Assembly (NCBI GenBank): GCA_030770535.1
Contig: JASVEC010000025.1
Coordinates: forward strand, 620,001 to 684,000
Length of the DNA: 64,000 nucleotides
Origin: Batkoa obscura
Taxonomy: Eukaryota
Direction of reading: 5' to 3'
The position numbers were made by a program, and so were the translations under genes. The notes beneath the pieces were generated by a model, which was given only the letters and a program-made list of their open reading frames with translations, was not told the DNA's origin and searched no databases. Shown here one piece after another: positions 24,980 through 37,859 of this stretch. Every line of letters begins with the position of its first letter. Positions within the stretch are counted from its first letter, which is position 1.

Positions 24980-26325
24980 ATAAGTGCTATCAAACACATG
25001 AAATATATGAGGGTGTTTTTTTTGTTTCATCGCTTTTTCTATTTTTTAAGCACTATTTGAGTGGAAAGGCTATCAGTAAAACTCTTAAACAAAAAAATAC
25101 ATCCACATATAGCTAAAGTAGTTTACCCAATGATGTCAAAGGTATCGTTAGTATTAACTATCACAACTACACCTACTATGATTTCATCAAGTAGGTTTTA
25201 AAAACTATATGTTCATTAATATATTACTATAATCAGAAACTAATAATATATGATCAAAAACTAGTAGATGGAGTAACCCTACGCTTACAAACTGGTATTA
25301 TAATGTATGATATTTGGTTATATTCCTTATCATTGTGGAGTCGTCTATATGACTATGAAGGGTCTTCATTATGCACCTCTATTAGTCTTCAGTTATTATT
25401 ATGTTCCTTATAGTATAGCTTCCTTAATGTTACAATTGCAATTAATTTACAACTAGTATTTACACACAGTACCAACAGAGCCAAAAAAACGGGATTGAGT
25501 TATTGGATTGTAATATTTTTACTTTTACTATTAATTACGATACCACCACTTAGTATAATGATATTTAACATATCATTTAGTAAATAATAATATAATTTTA
25601 TTTAGCAATGGGGCTAATTGTATATGGTATTTATGGTATTTATGACGAGTGTTTTATTGCAGGTAAAAATGAAAATTACGCTAAGGTGTTTCATTTCTTT
25701 ACATTTTCCTTAGTTCTATCAATTTTTATGACATACATATTAGTTGTTGTAGTTATTGTTATCATTAAGCTATCTAAGAGTCTAAATGTAATAAAAGAGG
25801 GAAGAGTAGCTATGCATGCTAATCAATCAGTTAATGGCATTAACAATATTAAGCTATTTGCCTCAAGAACGTAAGCTATTTTACATTAATATGCTATTAC
25901 AATAATACGAATCATTAGCATATTATACCTTATTATTATGATTGTTTCTCATATTGGATTAGTGATCTATCAAGTTGTTTCTGATCTTACTACTATTGAT
26001 TCTTCTGAATTAGTAATTATATTATATACTACAAGTGGATTATTAGGAACTCTTAATTTTATGGCTTTCTTTTGTGATCCAATTATTCACTGTGTGATCA
26101 AAGTAATATATTGTAGAATTGTAAAAATTCAAGAGATTGACGAATCGCGACCTCAAATTAAGTAGTTTTATTTTGTTTTTAATAAAATAATGTACTGACT
26201 CTAAATAGATCACAACGGCATCTTTGAACTGAGCGCAGCTTAGGATGATTACAACGAAGCTTTTAATACCGAAGTTGAAATCTAAACATTAGTTCAATAT
26301 TCTAAATTTATTAAAAGTTTGTAAT
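24980..26325 (+). pseudogene. GPCR-like paralogue, copy 6, pseudogene
   Basis: KVVYPMMSKVSL..., VTLRLQTG, NLQLVF, GTLNFMAFFCDP; MITE in exon 1; in-frame TAG near 25410; boundaries approximate. Confidence 0.75.
25009..25106. mobile_element. MITE copy in GPCR copy 6 exon 1
   Basis: GAGGGTG...CATCCAC with ATAT flanks. Confidence 0.85.
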
Positions 26326-27168
26326 AGTAGATCAATTCTTTCTTGTTTACTTTATTTTTTTGAGAGTTTCTATTAATTATTTAATCATTTTCGTATTATT
26401 TTTTATGAATTCTAACTATAAATAATTGTTAAAAATTATACTAAAAACAAAAAAAATAATCCTCGTTTATATTGAAAATTTAGATGCTTTTGTTTCTTTG
26501 TTTTAATGTAAGTTTGTTTTGAACTTTATAAAAAAGTTTAACCTCCCTCCAGTCCAACTCATTGTTAACTTCATCCCTCCTTTTCAATGTCATTATTCTC
26601 CTTATTCAATTGGAAATCTTATAGAAATTAGAAATTAAATGATTTCTATTTCGAGTTTCTCACCAATCGAAGATGGGAAAAGTATAGAAACTACTGCTAC
26701 GATCCCAGTAAGGCTCCCCATGAATGGTTCAGTTCCTAGGGTTCATCAACTCAAATGTTTATGTTTTTATTTTAGTTAATAAGAGCATATTCATTTTATT
26801 ATTTTACTGATAAAATTTTGAAGTTTTATTCTACATAAAAAATGGGTGAAATAATGGTGTGGAAAAAGGCATTCGTTTACAGATTTTGAAAATTTAAACC
26901 CAAATCAAACAGAAAAATACACCTTTAATTAAATTAAACTTTTATTTATCTAAATATAAAGTAACTAAGTTGTCATAACAAACATTTAGTGAGTTATAGG
27001 AATCATTTAATAGTTTAAAACGCTCCCTTTTTTGATCATCTATTTTATATTCTTTCTTTATCTAAAGTTTTAAAAAAACATAATGTTCTATTCAATTACT
27101 TAATAATGCAGTTGAGTTGTTGAAACTTTATGTTCCTTAGATACTAAAAGTGATATTGAAAGCTCAAA

Positions 27169-27984
27169 CTAATAATTAGGGGGGATCTCTTGTACATAGT
27201 CATCTGCTAAACCAAGTTTAAGTTGATTAGCTCGTCGATAAAGGAATGGTTGATTTCCAACATTGTATTTAAGTAGAGTACCTTTGGTACTATATATCGT
27301 AGGATACATTATATTAGATTGGAATTGATAATAACATAAATCATTACCATTATAAGTAAATGTTATCTCATTTGATACTAAATCATAGAAACATCCTATA
27401 ATATCATCCTTTTTGAGAATGTGAACAAAAGCGTTTGGATATTGCTTTTCATTTACATTTACACCATATATTTTATTATTTAGCAAGATATGGGATCCTA
27501 TAATGAATTAGTAAAATTGTAAATTTAGTATTGAAAATATCAAATTACCATGAATTTTAGAAGTGCTTTTATCTGCATACCCAAACAATAACCCAAAGTC
27601 ATCAGCGAAATCAACTAATTCAATCTCATAATAGAGGGACTCTGGATTTAATTTTTGGTATTTTGCTTGTATAATGCAGTCATTGTCGAAAAGTACACAA
27701 TACTTTCCTTTTTCACTAATTTTATTATGTTTTCCAGTACTAACTTTAAATTTATTTTCAATCACAGCTGGGGTATTTTCTACTATTATTTCGTTTAATT
27801 CAACTTGGTCATTATCGCTTCCAATATGTGGGTTAGTGCTACTATTTGTAGCATTATTGGTTGCTTCTCTTTTCATTCTTGCAGCTTTACGCCTATAATA
27901 AGCAGTAGTATAGTGACCTGTAACTAGGGTTATGATGATAATTACAATCACAATAGCTATATGTTTAAGATAATCTACGAACAT
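27169..27984 (-). CDS. TM-SPRY-PPxY protein, Ssh4/Ear1-like, copy B
   Basis: N-terminal TM; intron 27498-27548; exon 2 almost identical to copy A; ends PPNY. Confidence 0.75.
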
Positions 27985-28220
27985 TTTTTATTTTGAATTT
28001 TTGACACAATAGATTTTATACTTTTTATACTTTTTATACTTTTTTAAGTTGCCTTTTTTCTCTTTTGATTGATTAAATTATAGTACTTATTTCCCCGTTT
28101 ATTGTTATTGGTTCTTATTCAAATGCTCTTCCTTTAATATATTTATATTTATATTTTAATTTTAAGCTTTACATTTTATTAAAGTTAATTGATTACATTG
28201 ATTATTTTGGTAACTTATAT

Positions 28221-28319
28221 GGGAATGTTTTTTTTGGTTTCATTACTCTTTCCATTTTTTAAGCGTTATTTAAGTAGAAAGATTGTTGATAAAATTCTTA
28301 AACAAAAAAACACATCCCC
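28221..28319. mobile_element. MITE copy
   Basis: GGGAATG...CATCCCC with ATAT flanks. Confidence 0.88.
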
Positions 28320-29181
28320 ATATAGTAAATTAATTCTGATTATTTATACATTTGTTATATTTTTTAAAATTTAAGCTAATATTAAAGGGTTAAGTATAAA
28401 TGTTACAATTTATACAGTCATTTGTTTAAAGTACACCTACTTTTCAATGGATGCTTTATATTTTATAATTTGTTAATTTTGTATAACAAGTTCTAGAGCC
28501 AATAAATTTTATTTTATTTTATTTTATTTATTCGAATAAACTTAATTAAATATTGCTGTAAATTAATTACAGTATAGATTCAATAAGTTTTTGAAGTATT
28601 TTTATCATTATAAAATAAACAATAATACTAAAAATATTTGACTATATATCTTTAAGTAAAATACTTTGTTTTTCTATATTGTAAAGTACAGCATTATTCT
28701 TAAGTTGAGTACAAAAGTTAATAAGTGATAAATCAAAAGAACCGAGTTAAAAATCAATTAATTTAAATTACTTGATGATTAATCAAGACAAATTACCAAT
28801 GCTAAAATTAGTATACTTTTTTAATCTTAAATGCTAACTTATTCATTGCTAAATGTTTTTATAATGGTACATAAGTTGACATTGTAAATAAAACTTTGAT
28901 AATAAATGAGTCAATAGTATGAGTAAACTCAAGTTAACAGGACAAACTTTGAAGCTTTGCCATTAAATAAATTTCATAAAGAGTGCCTTTTGATACTTTA
29001 AGTATTCATTTTTTGTTTTTGAACATTTTGAATAAATCAACTAGTATTACAGAATTGGCAATTAATATTGCATTAAAAGAACGTTTTGCTTTTATATCTG
29101 TATTACTAATTAAGCTAATTATAGTACACACCCTAAGTTTCATATGAAATTAGGCTAAAAAATCTAAATAGATTTGCATAT

Positions 29182-29284
29182 GGGTATGTATTCTTTTGTT
29201 TAAGAATTTTACCAATAGCTTTTCCACTTAATTAAATAGGACTTAAAAAACGGAAAAAGTAATAAAATTAAAAAAAACGCTCCT
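29182..29284. mobile_element. MITE copy (degenerate)
   Basis: GGGTATG...CGCTCCT with ATAT flanks. Confidence 0.75.
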
Positions 29285-30138
29285 ATATATTGAAAAGCTT
29301 TGTTGACAATGAATTGAGTTTGATACTAAAACACAAAAGCAAAGTATGCAAATTTTTTCTAGTCATAACGAAGTTATTAAAGAAATGCCTTATGTAAATG
29401 ATAAACTAAATGGCATTTTTTATGTTTGATATTTTCATAAACAAATAAACAAATTTTGTAGTTTTAATGTAATTATTTATTAAAAAACTCTTAACAAAGA
29501 CCTTAATGAGGTGCTATGTTTATGTAAACCTTTTGTACTTGCTTAGTAGTGTAACCCTCTTTACTATCATTTGTCTACGTCTAAAATATACGGGTTGGTT
29601 TAAACCCAAAATTCAATTTTTTCCAGTTTGATTTTAGCAAGAAATTCAAATTAAGCCTGAGATGCTATGTAAATAGTCACTTTTTGCTTAAGGTTAAAAT
29701 AATTACTATGGAAACGTTTTTTTGTCTAGTATTTTTGAATATTTTTTAAAAATTACGCTGCATAGAAAATGTACAAAAAGGTGAATTGAATTTTTTTAAT
29801 TTTGACTAGGCTTTAAACTTAACGATATATCACTTTTATTCATATTTACCTTTTATAGCAACTTGTAATATAAGCTATTGGAGTAATTTCTCTTCCTATA
29901 TGAGCTTTAGAAGTCCAAAAATAATTAATATAACACCATACTAAAGAAAATGGACTTAATATAGAATTTTGATATCTGAATAATCTATTAAAAGCAATTA
30001 TAAGAACAATCAAGATTTGTAACACTGTTTTTAATTTTTTGATGATCACGAAAGCGGTAAAATAAGTTTCTAACTTCTAAAAAGAAACTTATATGGTATA
30101 AAAGGCATTGAAATAAACTAGGGAGACACAAATCAAAA

Positions 30139-30959
30139 ATGCTTATCAGCTATATTTTGTTTGGATGTCTTAGTTTTGTAGTAATCGCTTCAATACCTCT
30201 TGGATATCGAATGTGTATTGTTGCTTTTGGTAGGAGGCCAGTCAATACAAGTGATGGAACATACAGAAATAACAGAGTTGCAAATAGGAATAGAAATGCA
30301 CAACTTGAGGAGAATGTCAATTCAATCGAATTAGCTACAATATTAGCAGAGAATGATTTGGTAAGAAATAATTATGAATTCATTGTATGCACCGGTGAAC
30401 AAACTAAAATTAGTGAGAAAGGATTTAACTCCATATTTTTTAATGAAACTTGTATACTTCAAGGAAAATATGTGACTCTAAACCCAGAATCCCTCTATTA
30501 TGAGATTGAATTAGTTGATTTCGCTGATGACTTTGAGCTTTTATTTGGATATGCGAACGAAAGTACTAAAATTCATGGTAATTTGGGAGTTACCTAATAT
30601 TAATTTATAAAGCTTATCAATTTGTTATAGAATCCCATATTTTGCTAAATAATAAAATATATGGTGTAAATGTAAATGAAAAGCAATATCCAAACGCTTT
30701 TGTTCACATTCTCAAAAAGGATGATATTATAGGATGTTTCTATGATTTAGTATCAAATGAGATAACATTTACTTATAATGGTAATGATTTATGTTATTAT
30801 CAATTCCAATCTAATATAATGTATCCTACGATATATAGTACCAAAGGTACTCTACTTAAATACAATGTTGGAAATCAACCATTCCTTTATCGACGAGCTA
30901 ATCAACTTAAACTTGGTTTAATAAGTAACTATGTGCAAGAAATCCCACCTAATTATTAG
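30139..30959 (+). CDS. TM-SPRY-PPxY protein, Ssh4/Ear1-like, copy C
   Basis: N-terminal TM; intron 30578-30630; SPRY motifs; ends PPNY. Confidence 0.75.
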
Positions 30960-32621
30960 TTTAGCCAATACCTTATTTTTGGAATATCTATTGTATCCAA
31001 ACACAAGTATCACACCATCAAAATCAAACATGGAATTACATGTCTTCTGAGATTTATGTGTTCATTTTCAAAACTTAATAAATAATTTAAAACGAACATC
31101 AAAACATTGGACTGTGTAAAATTTTAACCTAAGATAAAGGGTATCTCTAACTAATAAAATAGATTCTACATGTACAAAATACAAAATGATTATACAAAAA
31201 GGCTCTTTTAATGTACCAAATATCTTGTTTTGCAATTTTTTTGTTGAAAAATGTATCGAAAATCGCCTCGACTTCGGATGGTAATAACTAGAATTTTGAT
31301 ACTAAATAATTTTTTTGGTACATAGTAAAATCGTGCATTTCTATTCGATTATTTGTATTAATTTTTAAGTCCTTTTGAATTTTGATGCTGGAGTAACAGT
31401 TGTCTTTCGAAACTTTATATAATTCTTAGTACATCTGTAAAAAAAATTAAGCCATTCTGCACCCCACCAAGAAATCTTAAATTCGAACTTGAGGCCTTAG
31501 ATCACTAATAGTGTTTTGATGTAAGAGCGAAGATATACTCAACATAAGGACTAGAAATCGACAATTTTACTTTAAGGGTTTTAACTGAATACTCAAAATA
31601 TTAGCATCAAATTCAGTGTATAATGATTATTTATAGCATGCAATGGATGTATTTATGTGCTTTTATTTTTTGTCTAAATCTTATGTTTTAAATTTATTAC
31701 AATTTCATCTTTTTAATATTTTTTAAAAGTTATCTGCATAAAAAGGTTATTTATTTTATCTACTTGCTTATATAAAACTTTGGAAAAAACATAAACGTAA
31801 GAAAATTTGTTTTTATTTAGAATAGAGAGTTTTGATAACGTCATATATTTAAAATCCATTGTTGCTTTTGTTAACTCATGTAATTTTTTCTTTAAACGTA
31901 GCTTTTATCGAAAATACGCTTGATTAGAGTTAGACCTTCAAAGAAACTACCAACCTATTTAGTTAAACTTTTCCGATGTTAAAAGTGGAGCTTATTTTTT
32001 ATACGTCTATTTTATTATATTATTAAGGGATATCTGATAGTTGAAGTGTCCTATGTATAAAATCGGTTTTTCAAAACTCTTGTTATAAATAAAGATAGTA
32101 GTATATATAAAGTCAAAAAGAAATAATAGAGCTAAATCCCCAGTAGAATTATAAGGTAGACTTTATAGCCTTGATGATACCAACAATACAATAAAACGCT
32201 CTTCTTAATTACTTGCTCATTTGGTTTTATAATTAAAATTATTTATAAAACTTAGTTTCAAAAAATATTATAAATGTTGGTATTAGGGAATTTATTACAT
32301 TCTTATTGAAATAGTTGTAGGACTATCTTTTTTAGTCTTAATCTTAATCTTTTTTTTAATTATAGTTGCTATATAAAATATACTGTATAAATCAAAAATT
32401 ATTAATCAACCATAATTTCTAAAAATAAAGTTTCACCTTTTTGAAACTTTAAATTACTTTGGTTAAAATAGCGCCCAAATTTTATAAAAGAACTACCCAC
32501 TTTTTTAGGGTTTAAATTTTAAAAGAACAATTGAAGTGGTAAAATGGGAGATTGTAAAATTAAAAAAAATTCCATGATATAAAAAAGCTTAACATTTATC
32601 TGAAAAGTGATATCTTAAAAA

Positions 32622-33604
32622 ATGTCTACCTTCGATTTTATTTTTGAGTTGGTAATTCCTTCAACTCTTTTTATACTATTCAGCCCAATTATTGCTATTG
32701 TTTGTTTATTTGACTTTATTGTCATCTATCTTAAAAAGCATACGAGCTTCATGGCTAGAGCAGAAACAAATAATACCACTACGAATAGCAATACCAGATC
32801 ACAATGTAGAGGAAATAATAACCTAGCTGAGCTAAATGAAATAAGAATAGGAAGTATTGCAAGCTTAGACAATTATAAATTTAACATAAAGCCCAAAAAC
32901 GAAAGCAAAGTGTTACTAAAACATAATAGCTGTATATATTTTAATGAAAATTGTATCATTCAAGGCAAGGGTATCCTACTAAATCCAGACTCTTTTTACT
33001 ATGAAATTGAACTGCTCAACATCACGAAGGATTTTCAACTTTTACTTGGCTATGCAAGTAAAACAAATTATAAATTTTATGGTAATTTGAATTTTGTTAA
33101 TACCTGATTATTTATTAATTCGAACTAGGCTCTCATGTATTATTAAACAATAAAATATGTGGTATGGTCATTAATGACACCCAGTATCCGAACACGTTTG
33201 TTCACACCTTTAAAATCGGTGATATTGTAGGTTGTTTTTATGATCGATTATTAAGTAAAGTAACCTTTACATATAATGGTAATGATTTATACTATTGTGA
33301 ATTACGTTCACGTAAAAAAATTCCCACTATATATAGTACTAAAGGTACTTTACTTAAATACAACCTTGGCGATCAACCTTTTCTTTATCGTCGAGCTAAT
33401 CATCTCAAATTTGGATTAGCAAACAATTATATTCAAGAAGACCCACCTGACTATGGCTTGAAAAGCTCTACTAATGATATAATAAACCATTCTACTAGTG
33501 ATGATCAACAACTTTATCTTAATAGCTCCCAACAGCTTCCTGATAGTGGTATTCAACCACCCCCTCCTCGTTACATTTTGGAGATCTCTCATAGTGGTTC
33601 TTGA
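32622..33604 (+). CDS. TM-SPRY-PPxY protein, Ssh4/Ear1-like, copy D (extended tail)
   Basis: N-terminal TM; intron 33082-33128; PPDY and PPRY motifs in the tail. Confidence 0.75.
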
Positions 33605-33709
33605 GATACTTTACTAAATCATTTTTAAGAGCTTCGTCCTAACATTTAACTTTATTGTTTTTATATCACTATTAAAAAAATATTGAATTAAACCCAATAT
33701 CTACCATAT

Positions 33710-33808
33710 GAGGATGTTTTTTTTGGTTTCATTATTTTTTCCATTTTTTAAGCCCTATTTGAGCGGAAAAATTGCTAGTAAAATTCTTAAACAAAAAAAG
33801 ACATCCCT
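33710..33808. mobile_element. MITE copy
   Basis: GAGGATG...CATCCCT with ATAT flanks. Confidence 0.88.
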
Positions 33809-34755
33809 ATATTTTCAAACCAAAAAACGCAAGTTGGATCAAGCTACTTCAAAAGGCCCTCAACTTTTTGGGCTTACGATTGTTTATTATATCAAAAAGA
33901 GCTTTTTAATACTGTAAAATTCCACTAAAATATAAGCTGAGGTAAATTAAGTTGGGTTCAAAGCTTTTAACTGAGTCTTTACAATATCCACTATCATTTT
34001 AGTGTAAGCAAGTAACAATTTCTAGTACATAATAAAGATTAGATAAGTAGTTTTAGTATTTATATGGCTTTTGAACTTTAGCGCGTTTGTAATTGAATGA
34101 TTGCTTTTAATAATCCCTTCAGGTTAGTTTGTATCAAATTGTTTAAATAGTCGTTTTTGTTTAGATGAGACTGTAAAAAAAGGTGCCTATAATTTAAAAA
34201 ACCTTTTTATATAAATAATTTAGAATATTTAATAACAGTAAGCAGCATAAAATATTGGCATTACGAATTTTATTAAAATTTCCCCCAATATGATTTAAAT
34301 TGGAGCCACACGTAATCAGGATAATTTTATATAATACTGCACTATTTACCTGCTTTCTGAGGTGATTTTATAAAAACCATTTCTTTTATATAACTAATTT
34401 ATTACACCAACTTATATTGCACAATAGCCGGGTGTACTAGTTGCTTATGATTTTATATTTAAGACTTTATTCATATACAAAGAAAATAAAGTGGATATGA
34501 CCAAAAAAGAGTCAGTAGAACCATCCAAACGTTCCGTAAAAATAACTTCTAAAAACTTTAATGGGATCATAACAAAACAAACAAAAGCTTTAAAAGTTAT
34601 TTCTTGAACATTATTGAATTAAAATACAAGCCCTATTTTTAATAAAAATAGCGTATAAGCTTTAATATTGAAGATTTGCGTTTATTTCTTCAGTTTATAT
34701 TTTACTAAATAAAGCTGTGATAGCACACCAGTTATTTGAAGTACAGATATTATAT

Positions 34756-34853
34756 GGGGATGTCTTTTTTTGTTTAAGAATTTTACTAACAATTTTTCCG
34801 CTGAAATGCGCTTAAAAAATGGAAAAAATAATGAAACCAAAAAAAACACCCTC
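34756..34853. mobile_element. MITE copy
   Basis: GGGGATG...CACCCTC with ATAT flanks. Confidence 0.88.
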
Positions 34854-35062
34854 ATATAAAGCTTGCTGCTAAAAGTACAATTACCCCGATCTCATGGGTT
34901 TTGAACGTTCTAAAATGAAGTAATAGAAAAAAGAGCTGAAAAACAACTTTTGAGAACTTTAAAAATGGCATATACAGTATTTTCAAGTTTTATTAGAATT
35001 AACAATGAATCGAGTGCGGCGAAATAAGTAATTGGTAAAAATAAAAATATCTAAAGACATAA

Positions 35063-35161
35063 GGGGATGTTTTTTTTTGGTTTCATCACTTTTTCTATTT
35101 TTTAAGCCCTATTTGAGCGGAAAAATTGTTAGTAAAATTCTTAAGCAAAAAATACATCCCC
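35063..35161. mobile_element. MITE copy
   Basis: GGGGATG...CATCCCC with ATAA on both sides. Confidence 0.9.
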
Positions 35162-35202
35162 ATAAAAAGGGATGAAAAAGGATATAAAAAACAGTATAAA
35201 AA

Positions 35203-36420
35203 ATGACATTGTCTGATCCTCTATCGACTCCTGCAACTGATTTCACATCGAATTATATATCAGGCTCTAGCTTTTCTTATTTTAAATGGCTGTTTTTTTT
35301 AATTGCTGTAATATCACTTGGCCCAATAGTTGGCTACTATTGCTGTATCTACCATTTTTGCTAATAATAAAAAATATATCTATTCTAAGCTTGAAAAAAA
35401 AATCAAATAACAATCCACACCCTGAAGGAACTAACGATCCAATCGATCTAAACGAAATAAGATTAGAAAACGATAGTCCCAACGAGATAGGTGGGGTAAA
35501 TATAAAAAATAATGGCGTGCATGAGCTGGGCGAAGCAATGACAGAAAGCGATGGTACAAGTGAACAAGGTGAAATAGGGACTGAAAGTAGTATTTCGGTT
35601 GAACTAAACGAAACTTGGTTAGAAAATCATACATACACGGTTTACAATCATTTCAAAGTAAGTTCTGGAGAAAACTACTCAGTAGTTTGTTGATAATTGT
35701 ATAATCTAAGGAGAGTATATGGGGGTGTTTTTTTGGTTTCATCACTTTTTCCACTTGAATAGCGCTTAAAAAACGGAAAAAGTAATGAAGCCAAAAAAAA
35801 CATCCCTAAATAGTTGATTTTGGTGATGGCTTTAAGCTATCATTTGGATATGCAAATAAAAGTACTACTGAAATCCATGGTAATAATATCATTATTAATT
35901 CAATAAGCTTATTAATTTAAAATAGAGGCACATATATTACTGAGCAACAAAACACATGGCATAAATATTAATTGTAGATAATATCCAAACACTTTTACTC
36001 CTACTCCTAAAAGAGGTCATGTTATAGGCTACCTCTATGATATGCCATTAAACGAGATAACATTCACTTACAATGGTAGAGGTCTATGTTATTTTGAATT
36101 TCAACCTTATAAAAATTTTACCACAGGCACTGTTTAAATACAACTTTGGAAACTAACCTTTCCTTTACCATTGAGCCGACCAAACCAAATGTGGTTTTCC
36201 AAGTAATTACATTTGAAATATTCCTCCTAATTATTTTCAAGAAGCTCCAATTAGTGATGTTCAAGAACTTCTTCCGATTTATGTCCAAGAACCTCATACA
36301 AATAGTACTCATGGGTCTCCTCCACATTATATTTCGGAAATCTCTCCTGATAATGACCAATAAGCTCATTTGAATCATATTCAAAAGTCGACGCCTACTT
36401 ATCCTCAAAATCCCCTTTAA
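35203..36420 (+). pseudogene. TM-SPRY-PPxY paralogue, copy E, pseudogene
   Basis: Homology to FGYANKST, NEITFTYNG, YNFGN and PPNY; frameshifts, stops and a chimeric MITE replacing coding sequence. Confidence 0.7.
35721..35807. mobile_element. Chimeric MITE made from two oppositely oriented halves
   Basis: Both ends are the same (GGTTTC-type) terminus, joined at TTTTCCA; flanks ATAT/AAAT. Confidence 0.7.
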
Positions 36421-37859
36421 ACTCTTGCTTCAACCACTTAATTCAAGTATATTAAAACCCTTGTGCTCAAGGATGTAACTATTGTTTTTCTAAAATAAGA
36501 TAGCAAACTGAAATAAAGTACATAACCTTGATAGCCCTTCTGAGTATTTAATATTAAGACAAGACGTCCAACAAATCAAAAGTACCTTTGTTTAAGCAAG
36601 CTTTCATTTAAAATAGAGGCTGGAATCAATTAATTTGACCTCAGATCCCTTTAAATAGATGTAAATAATGTCTGGTATAAATTCAATTGTAAATAATAAT
36701 TTATTGGGTATAATAAAATACATAGAAGCTTAAATTCTAACAATATTGTTGCTAAACAACTATTTCTATTTTTTACAAATTTAGCTGTATGTTAGATTTT
36801 TTTAGGCATAAAGCATTGTTTAGATAAATTTATAGTGGTTAATTTTTATTTTGATGACTCTTTTAGAAAAATGCGACAGTGTATTAGTAATATCGAATGC
36901 TAAAAGAAATGCTATTAAGACTTATAAGTCATACAATTTTGTCCTTAAAGTATTGTTTACTTGTGAGCCATGTGTAATTAGAGAAAGATTCTTACGAGGC
37001 ATAACTTATTTTGCTTTAATATTCTACTACTATTGATCAAATAAAGCTCAATACCTAAGCTTACTTAAAGTACAAATAATTAGCTTGTAAAATTATTTAA
37101 GCGTAACAATAGCCAAGTGTACACAACCAAGCCAAAAAACAGTAAAGTCTAAATGCAAGACCTAGGTGGTATGAATTGTTATAGCTCCAACAGGATCAAT
37201 ATTAAAGTAGAGATAATTCTTAAGACATTCATTCTTTTGCTTTAAGTTGGACTTTTTACATGACACTTAGTTAAAAAATTGCACGATAACAATAGTAAGA
37301 AGCATTACTTCAACTCATTGATTTTTATCGTACTAAAGAAATACCACTATTCTATTTAATTTTACGCCAAAGTTGTATAAGTACTATAAAGTATACAATG
37401 ACCGAATCACCTTAATCCTATTAAGTTTAAACTTTAAGAAGGCTATGCTTTAAAGTTTATTTAAGTAAGAAGTAGTCCCACTAATTATTTTTGAAAACAA
37501 CTGTACTACTCATGTTTTGAAAACAAATAAGAATTGGAGCTTAAAATCACCCCCCACCACGTAGCCCATTCAAAAAACCTTGTTCCTAAAGGATTACTGT
37601 TGGTATTCTTTCAAGTAATTAACCTTGCAATCTTGGCTGAATAGCTGCTAAATGTAAAGAACAACCATTTTTTGACTTTATATCACCTTGCTTTCTTTAG
37701 CTTGTCACTTCAATAAAAAAATTACAATCACTGGGGCTTTGGCTTTTAAAAAATGGTTATAAGAACTAAAGAACATGGGAAAATAGGTAATTCAAGATCT
37801 CAAAAGAATATTCTGAGAGATATAAAAAGGCTTAAAATCTCTCTCCTAAGAAAATCCTA

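Noticed and set aside
15777..33917. Short ORFs sharing MFFLVSLLFPF (15777, 19129, 28189, 33708; related ORFs at 20703 and 55101)
   Set aside because: They are translations through MITE copies, not a protein family.
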